A stretch of DNA of 64,000 bases from Solirubrobacteraceae bacterium (GTDB lineage: Bacteria > Actinomycetota > Thermoleophilia > Solirubrobacterales > Solirubrobacteraceae), in the NCBI GenBank assembly GCA_035294345.1, contig DATGLC010000019.1:18065-82064 (forward strand). Direction: 5' to 3'. Shown in pieces: positions 57,978 to 64,000 of this stretch. Numbering within the stretch: the stretch's first letter is position 1; every line of letters begins with the position of its first letter. A model generated the notes under the pieces. That model made no database searches and was not told where the DNA came from. It saw only the letters and a list, made by a program, of their open reading frames with translations. A program made the translations under genes and the position numbers.

Positions 57978-58481
57978 TCACGCTGACGGCGGTGGCGGCG
58001 CGGGCATCGCGGCCGCTGCGCTCAGCGCCTCGCCGGCCAGCCGCTGCAGCTCCCATTCGCGCAACCGGGCGGCGCCGATCCGCTCGTAGAAGCGGATCGC
58101 GGGCTCGTTCCAGCTGAGCACGTGCCACTCAAGCCGTGCGCAGCCGCGCTCCAGGGCAAGCTGCGCCAGGCGGGCCATGAGCGCGCGCCCGGCGCCGGAG
58201 CGCCGGTGGGCTTCGCGCACGTAGAGGTCCTCGAGCCAGATCCCGGGCCGAAGCTCCCAGGTGGAGAAGCTCTGAAAGAACAGCGCAAACCCCGCCGGCT
58301 CATCGCAGACCTCGGCGATCAGCGCCTCGGCGCTCGGGCGCGGCGCGAACAGGGCGCGCTCCAGCATCGCCTCGGTGCCCACCACGGCGTCCGGCGCCCG
58401 CTCGTAGGCCGCAAGCTCCCGGATCATCTGGTGGATCGCCGCCACGTCGCCGCGGCCCGCCCGCCGGATGACGACGCTCAT
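57978..58481 (-). CDS. GNAT acetyltransferase (diamine acetyltransferase-like)
   Basis: ELAAYE, FSTWE, LEDLYV...R.SGAG, VLSWNEPAIRFY. Confidence 0.9.
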   Translation of the reverse strand: MSVVIRRAGRGDVAAIHQMIRELAAYERAPDAVVGTEAMLERALFAPRPSAEALIAEVCDEPAGFALFFQSFSTWELRPGIWLEDLYVREAHRRSGAGRALMARLAQLALERGCARLEWHVLSWNEPAIRFYERIGAARLREWELQRLAGEALSAAAAMPAPPPPSA

Positions 58482-59968
58482 CGCTCGGTCGGCGGGTGGA
58501 TCTCCCGTTTGAGGATCTTGCCGGTCGGGCCCTTGGGCAGCTCCTGCACAAACCACACCCGCCGCGGGTACTTGTAGGCGGCCAGCTGGGCGCGCACGTG
58601 CTCGCTGAGCTCCTGCGCGGTGACGCTCGCCCCGGGCTCGAGCACGACTGCGGCTCCCACCTCCTCGCCGAGCTCTGGGTCCGGGATGCCGACCACAGCG
58701 GCCTCGCGCACGGCGGGATGCTCGTGCAGCACCTCCTCGATCTCCCGCGGGTACACGTTGTAGCCGCCGCGGATGATCATGTCCTTCTTTCGGTCGACCA
58801 CGTAGAAGTAGCCGTCCTGATCGACGCGCCCCAGATCCCCGGAGTGAAACCAGCCGTCGGCGTCGATCGCCTCGGCGGTCTCCTGCGGGCGCCGCCAGTA
58901 GCCCTTCATCACGTTGTAGCCGCGGATCACGATCTCGCCCACCTCACCCGGCGGCAGCTCGCGGCCGTCCTCGCCGACGATGCGCATCTGCACGCCCTCG
59001 ATCGGGGTGCCGATCGAGCCGGGCTTGCGCTCCCTGTCGGCGTGGTTGAAGGAGGCGACCGGCGAGGTCTCCGACAGCCCGTAACCCTCCAGCACCTTGC
59101 AGCCGAACACCCGGTCGAATTCGCGCAGCAGCGCGACCGGCATCGCCGCCCCCCCGGAGCCGCAGTGGCGCAGCGTGCTGACGTCGAAGCGCTCGCGCTC
59201 CGGGTGGTGCAGCATCGCCGCGTACATCGTCGGCACGCCCAGGAACACGTTCACCCGGTCGCGCTGGATCACCTCGAGCGCGCGCCCGGGGTCAAACCGC
59301 GGCAGAAGCGTCAGCATCCCGCCGGCGCCGAGCGTCGCGTTCATCCCGCACGTCTGTCCAAAGGAGTGAAACAGCGGCAGCGCGCCGAGGGTGACCGCAT
59401 CCTCGCCGATCGCAAACAGCGAGGCGGCCGCACGGGCGTTGCGCGACAGGTTGGTGTGCGTCAGCTCGGCGCCCTTTGGCTGCCCGGTCGTGCCGGAGGT
59501 GTAGAGCAGCACCGCCGTGTCCTCGTCGCCGCGGCGCAGCTCCGCGCTGGGCTGCGAGCCGGCGAGCAGCTCCTCCAAGCCGCCCGGGGTGACGGTGACG
59601 CACTCGGCGCCCGCGTCCTTGGCGCCGGCGAGGGCCTCGGGCGTGAAGTCCTGCCAGGCGAACAGCAGCCCCGCTCCCGAGTCGGCGAGGTAGTAGGCGA
59701 TCTCACGGCGCCTGAGCAGCACGTTCATCGGGACGACGATCGCGCCGGCGCGCAGCGCGCCGTAGTAGCAGACGGCGAAGTGCGGGACGTTGGGCAGCAT
59801 GATCGCCACCCGGTCGCCGGGTTGCGCCCCGCGCTGCGCCAGCAGCCCCGCAAAGCGGGCGCTTGCGGCGTCAAGCTGGGCGTAGGTGAGCGTCACGTCG
59901 TCGAGCCTGACCGCCGGGCGCTCGGGCCGGCGGGCGGCCGAGTCCGTGAGCAGCTGGGCGAGGTTCAT
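58478..59968 (-). CDS. Long-chain fatty acid-CoA ligase
   Basis: YTSGTTGQPKG, EGYGLSET, SGDLG, IRGGYNVYPREIE, GPTGKILK. Confidence 0.95.
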   Translation of the reverse strand: MNLAQLLTDSAARRPERPAVRLDDVTLTYAQLDAASARFAGLLAQRGAQPGDRVAIMLPNVPHFAVCYYGALRAGAIVVPMNVLLRRREIAYYLADSGAGLLFAWQDFTPEALAGAKDAGAECVTVTPGGLEELLAGSQPSAELRRGDEDTAVLLYTSGTTGQPKGAELTHTNLSRNARAAASLFAIGEDAVTLGALPLFHSFGQTCGMNATLGAGGMLTLLPRFDPGRALEVIQRDRVNVFLGVPTMYAAMLHHPERERFDVSTLRHCGSGGAAMPVALLREFDRVFGCKVLEGYGLSETSPVASFNHADRERKPGSIGTPIEGVQMRIVGEDGRELPPGEVGEIVIRGYNVMKGYWRRPQETAEAIDADGWFHSGDLGRVDQDGYFYVVDRKKDMIIRGGYNVYPREIEEVLHEHPAVREAAVVGIPDPELGEEVGAAVVLEPGASVTAQELSEHVRAQLAAYKYPRRVWFVQELPKGPTGKILKREIHPPTER

Positions 59969-59981
59969 CGCTTGCGCAAGC

Positions 59982-60839
59982 CTACGCGCCCGTGAAGCGC
60001 GGCGTGCGCCTTTGCGCAAACGCGGCGACGCCCTCCGCGAAGTCGGCGGATGACGCCCGCTCGCTCTGCAGCCGCGCCTCGAGCTCCAGGGCGCGCTCGA
60101 AGCCCTCGTAGGCCCGGGCGTTGAGCGCGCGCTTGATCGCGGCGTGCGCGCCGGGCGGCCCCGCCGCCAGCTTCGCCGCCAGTCCGGCGACCTCCTCGTG
60201 CAGCCGTTCGTCGTCGACGACCCGGTTGATCAGGCCCCACTCAAGCGCCCGCTCGGCCTCCACCCGCTCGCCCAGGAGCGCCATCTCAAACGCGCGCGCG
60301 TGGCCGGCGCGCTCAAGCAGGGTGTGCGAGGCGCCGCCGTCGAGCCCGAGCCCGATGTTGACGAACGCGAGCAGCAGATAGGCCGAGCGGGCCGCGACCA
60401 CCAGGTCGCACGCCAGCGCCAGCGAGCAGCCGATCCCGACTGCGGGGCCGTTGACGGCGGCGATGACCGGCTTGGGGAGCGTGCGCACGCTCAGGATCAG
60501 CGGGTGGTAGAGGTCCGTCAGGGCGTCGTGCACGTCGCGGGCGTCATCGTGCCCCTCCCTGAGGTCGGCCCCGGAGGAGAATGCGCGTCCGGCGCCGGTG
60601 AGCACGAGCGCGCGCACAGCGGGGTCGCCCTCCGCCTCGCGCAGCGCCGCGGCCAGCTCGCGCCCGAGCGCCACGTTCCACGCGTTCAGCGTCCTGGGGC
60701 GATTGAGCGTGATCCACGCCACCCCGCCGTCGCGGGCGACCCGCACGGTCTGGGGCTCGCTCGTATGCGGGTCGCTCGTATGCGGGTCGCTCGTATGCGG
60801 GTCGCCCGTCTGCGGGTCGCCTGCCCGCGAACCGCTCAT
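59982..60839 (-). CDS. Enoyl-CoA hydratase/isomerase (PaaG-like)
   Basis: ITLNRP..LNA, GRAFSSGADL, AVNGPAVGIG, GLGLDGG, DFAEGVAAF. Confidence 0.92.
   Translation of the reverse strand: MSGSRAGDPQTGDPHTSDPHTSDPHTSEPQTVRVARDGGVAWITLNRPRTLNAWNVALGRELAAALREAEGDPAVRALVLTGAGRAFSSGADLREGHDDARDVHDALTDLYHPLILSVRTLPKPVIAAVNGPAVGIGCSLALACDLVVAARSAYLLLAFVNIGLGLDGGASHTLLERAGHARAFEMALLGERVEAERALEWGLINRVVDDERLHEEVAGLAAKLAAGPPGAHAAIKRALNARAYEGFERALELEARLQSERASSADFAEGVAAFAQRRTPRFTGA
60746..60821 (-). repeat. 15-bp tandem repeat encoding DPHTS/DPQTG at the hydratase N-terminus
   Basis: TGCGGGTCGCTCGTA-like units, about 5 copies. Confidence 0.9.
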
Positions 60840-61078
60840 CGGGCCGCGGGGATCGTCTCGCCGGAGTAGAGCTTCACGATCCTCACGGCCCCCTGGGGCG
60901 CGGCGGTCACGCACAGCTCGCACAGCACGCACTCGTCGAGGTTGGCGTCCACCAGCTCGACGCCCCGCTCGCCCGCGCGGAAGATGTCGACCGGGCAGAT
61001 CTCGGCCAGCCGGCGGGCGAGCTCCGTGTCGCAGCCCGCCGCGGGGGAGACGATCACGTCGATGAACGTGCCGGGCAT
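60836..61078 (-). CDS. Small ferredoxin-like protein
   Basis: EICPVDIF and ECVLCELCV. Confidence 0.8.
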   Translation of the reverse strand: MPGTFIDVIVSPAAGCDTELARRLAEICPVDIFRAGERGVELVDANLDECVLCELCVTAAPQGAVRIVKLYSGETIPAAR

Positions 61079-61081
61079 CGG

Positions 61082-61987
61082 CTATATGCGCTCCGCGATC
61101 AGCGCCGGGATGTCCTCGATGCGCTCGGCCACGGCGATGCCCGCGGCCGCGAGGCGCTCGATCTTCTGCGCGGCTGTGTCCTGGGGCCCCTCGACGATCG
61201 TCCCGGCGTGCCCGAAGCTCATACCCGGCAACTCGTCCATGAAGCGCCCCGCCATGAACGCGACGATCGGCAGGCGCGGGCTGCTCGCCGCCACCCAGTC
61301 GGCCAGCTGCGCCTCCATCCGGCCGCCCGGCTCGGTGTAGATCACGATCGCCTCCGTCTGGGGGTCGGCCTCGAACAGCGGCAGCAGCTCCGCATAGGTG
61401 GAGCCGATGATCGCATCGCCCCCGATCGAGACCGCCGTCGACTGCCCCAGGCCCGCCGCGGTCAGCGTCGAGGACATCTCGGTCGTCATGCCGCCCGAAC
61501 GGGAGATCACCCCGACCGGCCCGGGCGTGTACGACTTGGCGGCATCGCGCGCGGGGCCGCCGATCCCGCCCATCTTCACCACGCCGGGGACGATGATCCC
61601 CAGGCAGTTGGGCCCGATGATGCGCGCGCCCAGCTCGTCGGCGGCCTCGATCATCTCGGCCACGTCCCTGCGCGGAATGCGCTCGGTCACGATCACCACC
61701 AGGCCGATGCCGTTGTGCAGGGCCTCGAGCACCGCGTCGCGGCAGAAGGCGGGCGGCACGGTCACGACCGATCCGTCGATCGGTCCGCCGTGATGCTCGA
61801 CGGCCTGCGCGACGGTGTCGAACACCGGGACCCCGTGGACCTCGCGCCCGCGCCGGCCCGGGGTAACGCCCGCGACGATCCGAGCGCCCGCGCCGTAGTC
61901 CAGGCACTCCCGCGTCAGGTTGACCGCCTCGCGCCCGGTGATGCCCTGCACGATGAAGGTGGTGTCGGCGTCGATCAGGATCGACAT
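61082..61987 (-). CDS. Succinate/malate-CoA ligase-family alpha subunit
   Basis: VQGITGRE, GVTPG, IGPNCLG, SRSGG, IGGD, FGHAG phospho-His. Confidence 0.9.
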   Translation of the reverse strand: MSILIDADTTFIVQGITGREAVNLTRECLDYGAGARIVAGVTPGRRGREVHGVPVFDTVAQAVEHHGGPIDGSVVTVPPAFCRDAVLEALHNGIGLVVIVTERIPRRDVAEMIEAADELGARIIGPNCLGIIVPGVVKMGGIGGPARDAAKSYTPGPVGVISRSGGMTTEMSSTLTAAGLGQSTAVSIGGDAIIGSTYAELLPLFEADPQTEAIVIYTEPGGRMEAQLADWVAASSPRLPIVAFMAGRFMDELPGMSFGHAGTIVEGPQDTAAQKIERLAAAGIAVAERIEDIPALIAERI

Positions 61988-62036
61988 CAGCGCCCGGCCC
62001 CGACCGCTCGCGTCGCCCGGCCCCGCGCCTGCGCCA

Positions 62037-62140
62037 CGCCGCGCCCCGGTGCGGCCATCACGCCGCGCCCCGGTGCGGCCGGCCCGCCGCGCCCCCGTAC
62101 GACTGGCCCGCCGCGCCCCGGTGCGGCCATCACGCCGCGC
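62037..62140. repeat. 24-bp tandem repeat between the CoA-ligase beta and alpha genes
   Basis: CGCCGCGCCCCGGTGCGGCCATCA, 4-5 copies, including the beta stop codon. Confidence 0.9.
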
Positions 62141-63365
62141 TCCCGCCTTCGGCGGCGAGCGGCTCGCCCTGGATGCGCTGGACCGCGCGCCGGGCCGCCT
62201 CGTGCAGCGACACGGTGCGGTCCGCGTAGGGAACGCCGTAGCGCTCCAGGATCTTGTAGCCCTCCTCCTCCCACGCTCCGGGGATCCGGAAGATCGCGAT
62301 CTTCTGCGCCGGGTCGTGCCCGAGCTCCAGGCAGGCCTTGATCACCCCTCGCGCCACGATGTCCACGCGCGTGTTGGAGACGATCGACATCATCACGGCG
62401 ATCCGCTCCACGCCGGGCTTGGAGAGCACGAGCTTGGCCAGGCCGCACGCCTTGGCCACCGAGGGGTTGCCGCCGATCTCGCAGTAGTTGGCCGGCCGCC
62501 CGCCGTGCGCCCGCACGGCGTCGAACAGCGTCAGCGAGCCGCCTCCGGCGCCGATCACCAGGCCCAGGTCCCCATCGAACTCGGTCACGTTCCCGGCGAC
62601 GCCTCGATGGTCGGCGCCGTCCACGCGCTCGCCCTCCAGCTCGAACGGCGTCGGCTCGCGAGCCTGACGCGTCTCCTGATCGCCGACGCCGAGCTCTTGC
62701 AGCAGCGCGCGCTGGCGGCCCCGCGCCTCGTTCTCCATCTCCATGTGCGCATCCAGCGCGACGAACGAGCCGTCGCGCAGCTCGCCGATGGGGTTGATCT
62801 CGGCAAGCGTCATGTCGCAGTCCAGGAACAGGCGCGCCAGCCGCGCGAGAATCGGCGTCAGGCGCCCGAGCGCGGGCCCCGTGACCCCCAGCGAGCCGAT
62901 CAGCTGCCTGGCCTGCCAGTCGGCGAACGGCACCCTGCACGACAGGTGCATGCTCGCCACGTGTTCCGGGTGCTCGGCCGCGACCTGCTCGATGTCTATG
63001 CCGCCCATGTCCGAGAAGAGCATCACCGGCCGCTTGCGCGTGCCGTCCCACACGACGCCCGCGTAGTACTCGCGCACGACGGCCGCGCGCTCATCGACCA
63101 GCACCCCCCGCGGAAGCTGACCCCCGATCTCGAGCGCCAGGACCTCCTCGGCCTCGCAGGCGGCCTGCTGTGGCGTGTCGGCGAAGCGCACCCCGCCTGC
63201 CTTCATCCGCCCGCCGCTGAGCACCTGGGACTTGATCACCACCGGGCCGCCGATCTCCTCGGCGACCGCTCGCGCCTCCTGGGCGGTGCGGGCGAGCCGG
63301 TGCCTGGTTACCGGTATGCCGGCCCGGGCGGCGATCGAGCGCGACTCGTACTCGTAGAAGCGCAT
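62130..63365 (-). CDS. Succinate/malate-CoA ligase-family beta subunit (ATP-grasp)
   Basis: MRFYEYE, IKSQVLSGGRMKAGG, GGIDIE, AEINP, ANYCEIGG. Confidence 0.9.
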   Translation of the reverse strand: MRFYEYESRSIAARAGIPVTRHRLARTAQEARAVAEEIGGPVVIKSQVLSGGRMKAGGVRFADTPQQAACEAEEVLALEIGGQLPRGVLVDERAAVVREYYAGVVWDGTRKRPVMLFSDMGGIDIEQVAAEHPEHVASMHLSCRVPFADWQARQLIGSLGVTGPALGRLTPILARLARLFLDCDMTLAEINPIGELRDGSFVALDAHMEMENEARGRQRALLQELGVGDQETRQAREPTPFELEGERVDGADHRGVAGNVTEFDGDLGLVIGAGGGSLTLFDAVRAHGGRPANYCEIGGNPSVAKACGLAKLVLSKPGVERIAVMMSIVSNTRVDIVARGVIKACLELGHDPAQKIAIFRIPGAWEEEGYKILERYGVPYADRTVSLHEAARRAVQRIQGEPLAAEGGSAA

Positions 63366-63429
63366 CTGAGTCGCGGGAGCGTAGAGCAAGCACGCCCAAC
63401 GCGCCACCCAGGCGCCCGCGCGGCCCGGG

Positions 63430-64000
63430 TCAGGCCATCCCGTAGGCCTCGGCCAGCTCCGGGTCGCGCGCGGCGAGCATCTGCGCCAGCTCGACCATCA
63501 CCCTGCACTGCTTCCAGGTGGCGTCATCCTGCATCTTGCCGTCGATCATGTGCACTCCGCGACCGTCCGGGATCGCCTCCAGCACGCGGCGCGCGAAGCG
63601 GACCTCCTCCGGGTCGGGGCTGAACACCCGCCGGGCGATCTCGATCTGGACGGGGTGAAGCGACCAGGCGCCCACGCATCCCAAAAGGAACGCCGAGCGG
63701 AACTGGGCCTCGCACCCCTCGACGTCGCGGATGTCGCCGAACGGGCCGTAGAACGGCAGGATCCCGGCCGAGGTGCACGCGTCGACCATGCGCGCGATCG
63801 AGTAGTGCCACGGATCCTGCTGGGCCGAGGACCTGGGTGCCGCCGGGTCGTCCGGGTCGGGGTCGCCGATCACGCGGTAGCCCGGGTGCCCACCGCCGAC
63901 CCGGGTGGTCTTCATCCGCCGCGACGCGGCCAGGTCGGCGGGCCCAAAGCTCATCCCCTGCATCCGCGGGCTTGCGGTGGCGATCTGCTCCAGGTTCACG
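63430..64000 (-). CDS. mcl: Malyl-CoA/beta-methylmalyl-CoA lyase (CitE family, Chloroflexus-type), 5' part outside window
   Basis: [58 protein letters not shown] closely match my recollection of C. aurantiacus Mcl. Confidence 0.8.
   Translation of the reverse strand, partial: VNLEQIATASPRMQGMSFGPADLAASRRMKTTRVGGGHPGYRVIGDPDPDDPAAPRSSAQQDPWHYSIARMVDACTSAGILPFYGPFGDIRDVEGCEAQFRSAFLLGCVGAWSLHPVQIEIARRVFSPDPEEVRFARRVLEAIPDGRGVHMIDGKMQDDATWKQCRVMVELAQMLAARDPELAEAYGMA

Noticed and set aside
61082-63365. Calling the ligase sucCD
   Set aside because: Divergent substrate-loop motif and mcl context make the substrate uncertain, so no gene symbol was assigned

Overview
Very GC-rich actinobacterial chromosomal segment. 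Gene content (Gram-positive SOS box at lexA, System I ccmE/ccmF, probable leaderless starts) suggests Thermoleophilia/Solirubrobacterales, which is an inference. From left to right it holds: a myo-inositol catabolism cluster; a mosaic island-like block ending at tRNA-Gly(CCC), with a MetE-like protein, IS701 relics around a UDG-superfamily gene, carbonic anhydrase, MFS and HxlR; pgi, GH79, SDR, CocE and MOSC genes; ccmE-ccmF-secG; a pobA-pcaIJHGBDC operon; acyl-CoA synthetases; an ECF sigma module; hpnO/hpnA-like genes; ppa; GH55; tRNA-Leu(GAG); lexA; rnpB; an AbiE/MenAT-like pair; a PvdQ-like acylase; and a malyl-CoA lyase/CoA-ligase operon. The strongest candidate for an undescribed system is at 39620-42202. 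A membrane-tethered ECF sigma with a fused zinc anti-sigma domain and a neighbouring secreted Cys-repeat protein share an identical promoter-like motif, and the second gene also lies behind a c-di-GMP-I riboswitch whose P1 stem would cover its Shine-Dalgarno. A second window-wide pattern is short tandem duplication anchored on gene starts and stops; two cases create mini-ORFs that bridge translationally coupled genes. All calls come from reading the sequence by eye; no searches were run.
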